A DNA stretch of 63,181 bases, the filler included, from Folioceros fuciformis (taxonomy: Eukaryota): NCBI GenBank assembly GCA_049999805.1. It is 6 parts of 6 records of this genome, joined end to end, with 100 filler letters (N's around TTAATTAATTAA, not from the genome) between each part and the next. Parts side by side here need not be neighbours in the genome. Positions count along the whole stretch, not along the records: positions 1 to 16,315 come from JBNGIO010005376.1; 5 more parts are not named here. One strand, written 5' to 3'. Position numbers and translations under genes: made by a program. Below the pieces are notes generated by a model. That model had not been told where the DNA came from. It was given only the letters and a program-made list of their open reading frames with translations, and did no database searches. Numbering within the stretch: the stretch's first letter is position 1; every line of letters starts with the position of its first letter. Of this stretch, positions 1 to 10,300 are shown in pieces.

Positions 1-101
1 TCGGAGAAGAAAGGAACAAGCCAGATGCGGTGGAGGAAAGCCGATGACAGCGCCGAATTCCGCCTCCTCTGTGGAATGAAAGATGAGGATGGTTCACGAA
101 G

Positions 102-2447
102 ATGACGACGTTCTTGCAGCGTCCGGGAGGAGCTGCGCTTCCTCCTCATGGCTTGAATCAGGCTATCGTTTCTGCTTTCGGGTCGGGACCGTGCGCGGTG
201 GGCTTCAGCTGCAGGGCAAGGAAGCAGCATCTGCAGCATCGGGTCGTTCCTGGAAGCTTCCTCCTTACGACACCTGCGGTGGCAGAGCACGGCATTGCTA
301 CGTCATGGATGGAGAAGGAGGAGGTGGTGAGAGCGCGGTGCGAGGGCTTGGACGCGGAGTTGAGCGAGGCCGTTGAGGCGTTGGAATCCCTGGTGGAACG
401 AGGATGTCGCGTGGAGGCGGGACTGCTCTTCCGGCTCGTGAAGAGGTGCGTTGCGCAGCAGGATCTCGCGGCCGGGAGGCGGGTGCATGCTGCGGCTGTG
501 GCGGCCGGGTTCGAGGGGAGTGCATTCCTCGCTAACCACATCATCGGGATGTACGCGAAGCACGGGGAGCTGGAGGTGGCGATGGAGGTGTTCGGGAAGG
601 TGCTGGTTCCGAACGCGCATGTCTGGGCATCCATCATCTTGGCGCATGCTAGGGCGGGGCGGGCGAAGGAGGCCGTCGCGCTCTACAGGCGTTTGCGAGA
701 GTCCGGCGCGCGGGCGGACAGCCATATCTTTGTGGCGGTGCTCACGGCGTGCGCCATAGCCGGAGACCTGAGCTCCGGGAAGCAGGTGCACTTCGACCTG
801 CTGGAGAGCGAGGGGAGCGCGAACGGCTTCGTCGGGAACAGCCTGGTGCACATGTACGCCAAGTGCGGGAGCTTGGAGCTGGCGCGAGACGCGTTTGAGA
901 GGCTTGAGACGCGGGACGTGGTGTCTTGGAACGCCATGATTGCAGGGTATGCGCAGAGGGACCGGGGCCGGGACGCCCTGTCGCTGTTTTGGAGGATGGA
1001 GCGTGAAGACGTGAAGGCGGATGAAGTGACGTATGCTTGCGTGGTGAAGGCGTGTGCGGGAGGAGGGTACCTGGAGCTCGGGCGGGAGGTTCATGCCCGG
1101 GTTCGGGAACGTGGGATGGAAGGCGATGTGGTTGTAGGGAGCGGGCTGGTGGATATGTACGCCAAGTGCGGGAGCTTGAAGGAGGCGAGGCAGGTGTTCG
1201 ACGGGTTAGCCGGGCGGAATGTGGTCACTTGGAACGCCATGATCGGGGGCTACGCGCAGCAGGGGCGAGGGAGGGAGGCCATGGAGCTCTATGGGGCGAT
1301 GAGGCGGGAGATGGCCTGGAAGGCCATGGCTGATCAAGGCACCTTCGTAGCGGTTTTGCAGGCGTGCGGGAACGTGGGGGCGTTGCAGCAGGGGAGGTGG
1401 GTGCACGCAGAGGCGCAGGAGCGGGGAATGGAAGCGGATGTGGCCGTGGGTAATTGTCTGGTGGACATGTATTGCAAGTGCGGGAGCATGGAGGATGCGC
1501 GGCGGGTGTTCGAGAGGCTGGAGTGTAGGGATGTGGTGACATGGAATTCGCTTCTGACGGGGTACGCGGAGCACTGCGATGGCGTCGGAGCGGTGCGGTG
1601 TTGGAGGGAGATGCGGGAGGCGGGGTGTGAGCCGAACGCGACGACATTTTTGTGTCTTCTCGTGGCCTGCAGTCACGCGGGGATGGTGGAAGAAGGGCGG
1701 GCGCTTCTGAGGGAGATGGTGGACGAGCACGGGGTGGAGCCGGGGGATGTGCACTACAACTGCATGGTGGATCTGCTGGGGCGGGCGGGTCGGCTGGAGG
1801 AGGCAGAAGAGATCTTGCAGACGAGGAAGTTCGGGAGCTTTGTGGTCGGCTGGACTGCTCTGCTGACCGCATGCAAGAGCCACGGGGATGCGGTACGGGG
1901 TTTGCGGTGCTTCAAGCGGCTGGTGGAGCTGGAGCCGGGGAATTCGACTCCGTATGTTCTGCTCGGGAGCATCTACGCGGGCGCGGGGAGATGGGAGGAT
2001 GTGGACAGAGTGGAGCGGCTGCGGAGGGATGCCAGGGCGTGGAAGAAGCCTGCCAAGGCGTGCATCGAGGTGGAGAACACCGTCCACGAGTTCACTGTGG
2101 GAGAGGAGAGGTGTGACGTGTCCTCCAAGATCAAGAGCGTGGAAGCCAGGTTGAAGCATGAAGGCGGGCATGTGCCGCAGACCAGCCTGGTGCTCAAGCC
2201 CGTGTCCGAGCGGGAGAAGGAAGATGCCCTGTGCGGGCATGCGGAGAAGCTGGCCTTGGCGTATGGGCTTCTCAACACTCCAGATGGCACCACACTGCTG
2301 GTCACCAAGAATCTTCGCATGTGTGGGGACTGCCATAGCAGCACCAAGATCATGTCTCGGATTGAGCAGAGAGCTATCGTCGTCCGAGACGCTCACCGAG
2401 TGCACCGCTTTGTGGGTGGCTCTTGTTCATGTGGTGATCGGCATTGA
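102..2447 (+). CDS. PLS-class PPR protein with C-terminal DYW:KP (DRH-type) deaminase domain; organellar RNA-editing factor
   Basis: Intronless 781-aa ORF with repeated P/L/S motifs (MYAKCG...VVSWNAMIAGYAQ) and E1/E2 motifs. It continues WKKPAKACIEV, HAEKLALAYGL, NLRMCGDCH and ends SCSCGDRH. Confidence 0.95.
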   Translation: MTTFLQRPGGAALPPHGLNQAIVSAFGSGPCAVGFSCRARKQHLQHRVVPGSFLLTTPAVAEHGIATSWMEKEEVVRARCEGLDAELSEAVEALESLVERGCRVEAGLLFRLVKRCVAQQDLAAGRRVHAAAVAAGFEGSAFLANHIIGMYAKHGELEVAMEVFGKVLVPNAHVWASIILAHARAGRAKEAVALYRRLRESGARADSHIFVAVLTACAIAGDLSSGKQVHFDLLESEGSANGFVGNSLVHMYAKCGSLELARDAFERLETRDVVSWNAMIAGYAQRDRGRDALSLFWRMEREDVKADEVTYACVVKACAGGGYLELGREVHARVRERGMEGDVVVGSGLVDMYAKCGSLKEARQVFDGLAGRNVVTWNAMIGGYAQQGRGREAMELYGAMRREMAWKAMADQGTFVAVLQACGNVGALQQGRWVHAEAQERGMEADVAVGNCLVDMYCKCGSMEDARRVFERLECRDVVTWNSLLTGYAEHCDGVGAVRCWREMREAGCEPNATTFLCLLVACSHAGMVEEGRALLREMVDEHGVEPGDVHYNCMVDLLGRAGRLEEAEEILQTRKFGSFVVGWTALLTACKSHGDAVRGLRCFKRLVELEPGNSTPYVLLGSIYAGAGRWEDVDRVERLRRDARAWKKPAKACIEVENTVHEFTVGEERCDVSSKIKSVEARLKHEGGHVPQTSLVLKPVSEREKEDALCGHAEKLALAYGLLNTPDGTTLLVTKNLRMCGDCHSSTKIMSRIEQRAIVVRDAHRVHRFVGGSCSCGDRH

Positions 2448-3079
2448 GGCCGCCTGGGGCCACCACAGTGCACAAACCCTGCCACCACCTTCCCTCCACC
2501 CCTGAAGCCCGAGAAACCAGTTCCAGCCTACTGGTTTGGGGAGAGGCAACCCTGGCCCACTGATCTGCCCCTGATGCAAGACCGACAGATCCCAACTTGC
2601 CCCGGACCCCCGTCGCTCTCAGAAACCTCCATGTCCCTCTGGGCTACAGATTTGTACACCCTGACATTCACCCCTCGAGCTGGACATCGGAAGGCGGCGA
2701 AGTCGGAGAGCGCCGGGCCGGCCTGCACCAGGCTGGCATCAGAGCCAGACCGATCAAAACAGTAACATTGAAAGTGCACTTTCTAACAGCCATGCAGCCG
2801 GATGACGTGCAACTGGAAAGTTTCAGGCTTGGCCGCCGAGTGTGCGGCTTATGCCGGGTGTGAAGGCCATACTTCATTCGTATTATTGTGCTAATCACTA
2901 TGCCCAAAGGAATGAACGTAATTGAATTTACTTGCAACTAACATTTGTCCATGACATGGCCTTTTAGGAAACTTTATTCATAAATAACCTTTTGTTTCTG
3001 ATACGCACAAATGTATACCTGCAATTCTCTAACAAATTGCTATTACTAAAATGATTTAGGTTTCGTTATGTTCATAATC

Positions 3080-3661
3080 TTATTCTAATATTTCTCTAAC
3101 AGGATATAATTCAGGATCAGGCCAAGGTGCGGGGCACCGATGTAGATTATTATCTTTGTTTGGGAAGTACTCATAAGTCATGACACAATCAGTTGAAGCA
3201 TATCTGCCAATAGAATAATTAAACCATCTAGGAAGCCTAATCCTAGGGATTTGGTCTGGTATAAGCCTATCACCACAATACACTGAATGAAGTTGGATCC
3301 GCACATATGCAAGACACAAAGCACAATCAACCTTAGCATAATCTTGGTTTACAGTATCCTTGTAGTACCTCTCAAAAAGCCCTCTACAATCTCCTGAGCC
3401 CATGAAATCCGACGTTACAATAAAAGCAGGATTAGGAAACAGTCTCGAAGCCGCATTAACTAGTTGTCTTGTGTATGCTTGTAATGTGATCAAGTGGGGT
3501 GGCGTAATGATTTCATAATTGCATTCATGCGATAAGTAGGTCTTTCCAAGTGTTGGGTTGGTTGGAATTTCTTGACCAGGATAATCTTCACAATTTGCGT
3601 GATACATAAGTAGTATGAGTGCATTCAAAACATGGATGACGTAATCCCTCGATCCCCTCAT
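3080..3661 (-). CDS. Secreted Cys-rich protein, divergent Ginkbilobin-2/DUF26-like (copy A)
   Basis: ATG-initiated intronless 193-aa ORF with a hydrophobic N-terminus. The Cys pattern SHECN..GDC..DCALC..YC..DCVMTYE aligns with the recalled Gnk2 pattern SSACN..ATC..DCTAC..IC..DCFIQYE. Paralogs nearby conserve the frame. Confidence 0.8.
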   Translation of the reverse strand: MRGSRDYVIHVLNALILLMYHANCEDYPGQEIPTNPTLGKTYLSHECNYEIITPPHLITLQAYTRQLVNAASRLFPNPAFIVTSDFMGSGDCRGLFERYYKDTVNQDYAKVDCALCLAYVRIQLHSVYCGDRLIPDQIPRIRLPRWFNYSIGRYASTDCVMTYEYFPNKDNNLHRCPAPWPDPELYPVREILE

Positions 3662-4249
3662 GACAGAGTTGCACTAGCACCTCATCAAAACTCTCTCCTT
3701 CAGTGATGTAGAATGTGGTCTCAATGTTGCAAGGAATATCAACACTAGCGTATTAGATTTACAATATATATACATATATGTGAGTAATATACAGACAAAG
3801 AGAGAAAAATATCTTTGGTATAGAAGACGATTCCTTTTGATTTTGAATATCAAGCTCCATATAAGAATCTATAGTTTTGTAATGTGGTTTTGAGAGTATG
3901 TATATATAAAAACATAGTAACTATGTATAAAAATAAATACATATAATGTTTTTTAATTTTATTATTTGATGCAATCAAAATATACCTTTTTCAAGAGAAT
4001 AATTGCATATTTTTAAGTCCCTTCGAGGCAAGTATGTTTGGTCATTTGTTGACTTCATGTAGTGGTAATATACCACTATGTTTAAAAATTGTTTCGGCAA
4101 TGAAATGCTTTTAGGATCCATATATGATAAGAAGAAACATATTGGGTTGAATGCATCGGCCCCAAGACAGAGGGCACAATGTTTAGCAAGGCAGTAGACC
4201 ATGAAGGATTAACCCCCATTGTTGCCTATCTTGTAACTTTTTACCATGC

Positions 4250-5492
4250 CGAGGATGTCAAAGTTAGGAATAAGAAAGGACCCATAAGTTGAAGATCACA
4301 AAATTATGCCAAATATAATGCAATAACGTTAGGGCTGGGAATACTAAAGTCGGAATAGGAATAGACCCATCAAGCCAAAGATGACAATGTCTTGAGCAAT
4401 GCAATAACATTAGGCTGAGGATATCAAACTTAGGACCAGGAAAGGACCCATCAAGCTAAAGATGATAATGTCTTGAGCATTGCAATCGCACTAGGCTGAG
4501 GATATTGAAAATCAAGAATAGAAAGCGACCCATCAAGCTGAAGATGGCAATGCCTGGTGCAATGAAATAACATTTGGTTGAGGATATTAAAGTCAAGAAT
4601 AGGAAAGGACCCGATAAGCCAAAGATGACAATGCCTGGTGCAATGCAATCATACTAGGCCAAGGATATCAAAGTTAGGAATAGGAAATGACCCATCAAGC
4701 CAAAGATGGCAATGTAATAACACTTGGATGAGGATATTAAAGTCCGGACCCGATAAGCCAAAGATGACAATCCTTGGTGCAATGCAATCACACGAGGTCG
4801 AGGATATCAAAGTTAGGAATAGGAAAGGACCCATCAAGCCAAAGATAGCAATGCCTAATGGGATGCAATAACACTTGGCTGAGGATATTAAAGTCAGGAA
4901 TAGGAAAGGGTCCGATAAGCCAAAGATGACAATGCACCACAAAGATGACAATGCTTGGTGCAATGCAATCACACCAGGCCAGGATATCAAAGTCAGCAAT
5001 AGGAAAGGACCCATTAAGCCAAAGATGACAGTGCAATAACACTTGGCTGAGGATATTAAAGTCAGGAATAGGAAAGGACTCGATAAGCCAAAGATGACAA
5101 TGCCTGATGCAATGCAATCACACTAGGTCGAGGATATCAAAGTTACGAATAGGAAAGGACCCATCAAGCCAAAGATGGCAATGCCTGGTTCAATGTAATA
5201 ACACTTGGCTAAGGATATGAAAGTCANNNNNNNNNNAATGCCTGGTTCAATGTAATAACACTTGGCTAAGGATATGAAAGTCAGGAATAAGAAAGAACCC
5301 AATAAGCCAAAGACGACAATGCCTGGTGCAATGCAATCACACGAGGCCGAGGATATCAAAGTTAGGAATAGGAAAGGACCCATCAAGTCAAAGATGGCAA
5401 TGCCTGGTTCAATGTAATAACACTTGGCTAAGGATATGAATAAGAAAGAACCCAATAAGCCAAATATGACAATGCCTAGTGCAATGCAATAA
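4250..5492. repeat. 81-bp tandem satellite (about 15-16 units) with alternating A/B subunits (162-bp dimer)
   Basis: Unit approximately GAGGATATCAAAGTTAGGAATAGGAAAGGACCCATCAAGCCAAAGATGGCAATGCCTGGTGCAATGCAAT..., recurring at about 81-bp spacing. Some units are internally deleted and there is a small N gap near 5230. Confidence 0.95.
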
Positions 5493-5685
5493 CATCTTTT
5501 GCTTATAGAAAGCCACAATATATGGAAGAGGGAGGCCAATCCTTCTCTAAGAATCTTCAATCATAAAATTTCTTGCTCACAAATAATACATATAAAATCG
5601 GTCCAAAGCCATCTTAAGGTTATCATAAACTATAATCCTTATTCCTTCTTACAAAAAGTACATTTTTTTCCTTGTACACACAAAT

Positions 5686-6249
5686 TTATCTTCTAGGATA
5701 TATATTAGGATCAGGCCAGGGTACTGGACATGTATCTGCGTCATTATTTTTGTTAGGAAAGTACTCGTAAGTCATCACACAATCCGTCGAGGCATACTTT
5801 CCTACAGAATAATTAAATCCCAAAAAAATTTTAATTGGGGTGAAGTGCCCTGGCACAAGGCGGTCACCACAATACTTTGTATGAAGCTGCACTCTCACAT
5901 AAGCTAAACACAATGCACAATCAACGTTCACGAAATCTTGATTAATGTTGTTTTGATAGTACTTCCTGAAAAGCCCTTTACAGTTTGCTGTCCCCTTGAA
6001 CTCTACCGTCTGGACAATAACATTGTTGGGACTCACTTTGGAAGCTTCGTTCACTAACTGTCTTGTGTAGGCTTGTAAACTAATTAAGTCTTTTAGCTTG
6101 ACGATTTCGTAGTTGCAATAATGTGACAAGTAGGTCCTTCCAAGTGTAGGGTTGGTTGGAGTTTGGTAAGTTTGACACTTTATGTGATGGAGGAATTGTA
6201 ATGTAAGTAGACTGCAAATATAAATCAAATAATACTTTCCGTGCTGCAT
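5686..6249 (-). CDS. Secreted Gnk2/DUF26-like Cys-rich protein (copy B)
   Basis: 187-aa intronless ORF with a signal-like N-terminus. It has the same Cys skeleton and the PTNPTLG / GKYASTDCVMTYEYFPN / CPxPWPDP motifs as copy A. Confidence 0.82.
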   Translation of the reverse strand: MQHGKYYLIYICSLLTLQFLHHIKCQTYQTPTNPTLGRTYLSHYCNYEIVKLKDLISLQAYTRQLVNEASKVSPNNVIVQTVEFKGTANCKGLFRKYYQNNINQDFVNVDCALCLAYVRVQLHTKYCGDRLVPGHFTPIKIFLGFNYSVGKYASTDCVMTYEYFPNKNNDADTCPVPWPDPNIYPRR

Positions 6250-6442
6250 GATTGACGTGTACTACCAAAACATGGTAATTATCCTTCAATAGAATAGAAT
6301 GTTAAATGATCATAAAGGAATAAAGAGATAGGTCACCTAATGTGTATAATATTGATTTTTGGAGTATATGCAAATGGAATAAAATGTAACAAAAAAATAG
6401 CTTGGTGTACAAGATATGGTTTGGACATTTCATATTAGTCAT

Positions 6443-6446
<4 letters not shown>

Positions 6447-6477
<31 letters not shown>
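6447..6477. repeat. (TA)n microsatellite
   Basis: Run of TA dinucleotides. A shorter counterpart lies in the duplicated segment near 15574-15590. Confidence 0.9.
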
Positions 6478-6482
<5 letters not shown>

Positions 6483-6922
6483 TCGATGCAGTCAAAGTAT
6501 ACCATGGTATTCTAAAAGAGTTGTTCTAAATTTTGAAATCTCTTTTAGAAAGTATAACCTAAAGATGACATCCTATTGAGTTTGATTATTGTTTACTATT
6601 CAATTTTATTTAAAATAAAATAAAACAAGACTTCATTGAATTACAGGATGAGAAGCTCATCTACCCAAAAAAAGGGGTAAACAAAAACCACAAAAGGTGA
6701 TTGGGCCAAAGAGAATTAGTATAATAGTATGGAATATGTAGATAAAATATATTCATACTAGGACTCTTTGTTTTATATCTTTTATTATCCTTTAGAACGT
6801 CAAAATTTTTAATAAAACCATATCGTTAGATAATAATCTTGCTACTAGTGTTATAGTTAATGGAGGCAAATATAAAGATCCATATGCTTATTGACTCATA
6901 TATGTGAGTTTTTAATAGGATA

Positions 6923-7323
6923 TGACACACACAGCGCCATGGCCAACCTGCGTGTGTAGCTAACGAGAACGAAGTCACCTCCAGCCATAGCCGGATGGGG
7001 CAGCAGGAACCGATCCAGAAGGTGCCTAAAGAGACTCTCCTAACGGGACATACAACCAGGTTGAAGACAAGTTATAGACTAATATGACTTTGCGTAGCCA
7101 TTAAATCGAATCGGTAATTAACCCTAGGTCAACTAGCCGCTAAATAAAGGATTAAGCATTTTACTTAGGAATTTAGTTCTAACAAACATTTAACGGCCCA
7201 ACAATCCTAGTTGCTGGGCAGGGACGCCTATTTCTTGGCCAATCCCAAGCACATGTATAAAAGCCATCACAAAGAATACAAGAGTGTCCTATCTCCACTA
7301 AGCAAGCTCTCTCGGTGGTAGCA
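6923..7323 (+). repeat. 5' LTR
   Basis: TGACACAC...GGTAGCA. About 23 substitutions and 2 small indels versus the 3' LTR by manual comparison (about 94% identity). Confidence 0.95.
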
Positions 7324-7327
7324 TATG

Positions 7328-7340
7328 TGGTATCGGAGCC
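7328..7340 (+). other. Primer-binding site (tRNA-iMet type)
   Basis: TGGTATCGGAGCC, 4 bp after the 5' LTR and one mismatch from the canonical TGGTATCAGAGC. Confidence 0.9.
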
Positions 7341-10300
7341 ACTGTTCAACGACTCCCAGGCCCCATACCCTAGATCTGGGATCAGTGGACATGATCGATG
7401 AGGCTAGGCTTAGCCGTACGAGAGGGAAGAGGCTCCCTACGATTCAGGAGCCCCTAGCACAGTGGAGGGACCAATCCCGACCAAGACTTGGATCGCCAAG
7501 AGGCAATCAGACCCGCGCCTCGGCGGATTGGGTGCAAGGAGGTAGGCACGACCGTTGGAGTTGACAAGCCTACCGCACTGGACAGGATCGAAGGCGCCAG
7601 CAGCTGGGGAAGCCTGGAACGATACACGTTCAGAAGGTTAGCGACTACCTCGAACATGAGGATACCTGCAATCCACGCATAGATCAGCCAGAAATATGAG
7701 CGATTATATCCTACCTTCGGAGGGAGACCGACTGATTTCCAACGGGAGTGAAGGAGAGAATCCACTGGAGGGAATCGGGGATCAGGTCTGCCAACGGTCA
7801 CCTCATCTTGGACCCAATTCCCAAGACCGGCGCCTGGCTTCCTCCCAAGCGCGAGTCGAGTCGAGGCGAGTCGAGGAGTCCTTGGAGGCAGAAGAGGCGA
7901 GGAGGCGATGCCGGGAGCTCCTGCACCTTCTCCAAACCTAGCTGGAGGCGGAGGTCCAACCGGTGGAAGGAATAGCCGGGCCTGAACCCGCGAGTATTCC
8001 TACCGAATACTGCTCCAAACCAGGGATCCGGAGGCAAGGGCGGCCCCATAAATGGGGTGGAATCAGCCTGAACGGTCCCCAACCACCCGTATCCACAGGA
8101 GGCCAGGACCCACCAGAGGAGGAGTTAGCCAGAGAATCGGCTCTGCGGCAACTGGAAGGGAGGACCCACGGGGTTGAACATACCTGTGAGGAGTTGCGCA
8201 GCTCCCTCTCCGGCCAAAGCCAACAACTTGAGAAGGTCGAGGAGTCGATCGCCAGGCTCGAAGCCCAAGTGGGGGAGGGGCAAACACAGTTGGAAAGGCA
8301 ATTGGAGGGTGTGCTCCAGATGCTGGAGCAAACATCACCCCCAGGACCCTTGCCACTCTCACCCTGCCACAAGACATCCAGGTCCACTGAGTCAGTTGAG
8401 GGCACACACCATTCGACTCCCTTGGCACCCCTAGGTCAAGCTTCTGAGGGTAGGAAGGAAGTAAGGGCCACGCCAACCATTCCTAGCGAACGTGACTTGA
8501 GCACAATAGACGAGGAACTGAAGAGGTTAGTCGTGGAACTCTTACCTGGCGACAAGGACAACAAAGACCTCAAGGCCATGGTCAGGCGCCTGCAGCTGAT
8601 GAGGTATGAACACTGGGAGAACCAGCGGGGAAGAACCGATAGCGAAGCGCAAGAGGGTGAGGACTACCAGTTCAAACCTAGGCCTTAGCTGGACAAGGAG
8701 CTCCACTAAAAAATCAAGACCACTACCTTCGATGGAGGAGCCAAGGATGGCCAGAGCGTCTACGACTGGTTAGACAAAATTGACAAGTATCTTGCTGTTT
8801 CTGACAAAGATGACTTGCAGAAGATCCAGTTCTGCGTCATGTCACTAGAGGGGTATGCATACCGTTGGTGGCACCAGCGGGACAAACAAGTCAACCTCGA
8901 CATGGAGTCCCCGATCTACTTTTGGCCAGTCTTCCGACAGATCTTCCTCAAACAGTTCCGGTCAGTGAACCACCGCAAGGACCTGTATCGGCAGTTCAGG
9001 AAGATCTTCCAACAAGGCACAATTCAAGAGTACTGTGACAAGTTCTTACAACTTACCCTGGACATGCCTAGGTTGGACGAGGAACAGAAAATTGAGAAGT
9101 TCATTGACGGGTTGAAGTTCGAGATGCGGGCATACGTGAACCAGACAAACCCCACAACCCTAGTAAAGGTTATGAAGGCGGCCATCAACTATGGCACCAA
9201 CAAGTACAAGCATCTTTCCTCAACAGGCCCTCCCAAGCCCAAGTGGAGCAAGTCTGCCAACGCCACAGAGAAGAAGCCCACCTTCAGAATCCTCATGGAG
9301 GAAGAGAAGGAAGACAACAAGAAGTCCAGGAAGTGCTTTACCTGCTCAGCTCTGGACATGGTTTGAAATCATGCCCATTCAAGAGGGACTTCATAAGCTG
9401 GCTAAAGGAGACAAGCAAGTCCACTAGGAGCGGCGTCTCCTCAGCCCCTGTCAAGAGTGGACACGCCATAACCCTCACATAGGTTAGTGAACCCACTCTA
9501 GCTCCAGCCATCCTTGATCCTGCAAGTAAACTTGGATCAGTTGCTGCATGCCAGTTAGGTCACATACCTATCAAACTTGAGGTGTCGTTGGCTGGAGTCC
9601 GGGCCACAGGGTTGCTTGACTCTGGGGCCAGTCATCATTATGTGTCCAAGACAGCTGTAGAAAGAGCTGGCCTGTCAGTCAAGGACACAGGTTAGGTCTC
9701 CACAATGATCACAGCCCTAGGCGAGAAGGAGAAAAGTAGAGAATAGTGGACAGAAGAAGCAGCGCTTATCTTTCTAGGAGGGTTCAAGGAGGTTCCCTAG
9801 CTGACCGTGATGCCCTCGCTCTGCCACGACTTGATCATAGGCAAGCCTTGGTTAGCCAGTCACTCGGATCAGCTGGAGGTAGACTGGAAGCAAAACGTTG
9901 TTCACCTCCTGCAAGACCATCAGACATATGTCATGTAGGGGGAATAGTACCTCCCTGACAAGCAACTGTTTGTTGTCTGTGCTCTCAATAAAGCAACTGC
10001 CATGGGCAGATTCTTGTACGTAGCAAAGCTCAAGAAGGTGCTTCCCTTAGAAGGCAATGTTGAGTCAAGGGCTGCAGAAGCCCAGGTCCATGAGGACCAG
10101 CTCCCACAGCCCATGAAGGACCTGCTCCAGAAGTATCAGGATGTGTTTGCTAAACCCACGGAGCTCCCTCCTCGAAGAACCGTGGACCATGCCATTGAGC
10201 TGTTGCCAGGCCACAAACCGGTTAGTATCCAGCCCTACAGAACATCTACTATAGACAACGAAGAGATCAAAAAACAGGTTGATGAGTTCTTACAGAAGGG

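Noticed and set aside
158-2405. Long antisense or alternate-frame ORFs over the PPR, RAD7, MAX2 and IRKI-like genes
   Set aside because: Shadow ORFs expected from GC-rich, codon-biased coding sequence. No independent motifs.
4250-5492. 81-bp array as a CRISPR-like repeat-spacer locus
   Set aside because: Whole units are homologous, with no unique spacers, no cas genes and a eukaryotic context.
4451-5560. Hydrophobic 27-aa repeat ORFs over the satellite (also 14447-14674)
   Set aside because: A by-product of 81 being divisible by 3. Many units carry stops and frame-breaking deletions, and several starts are non-ATG.
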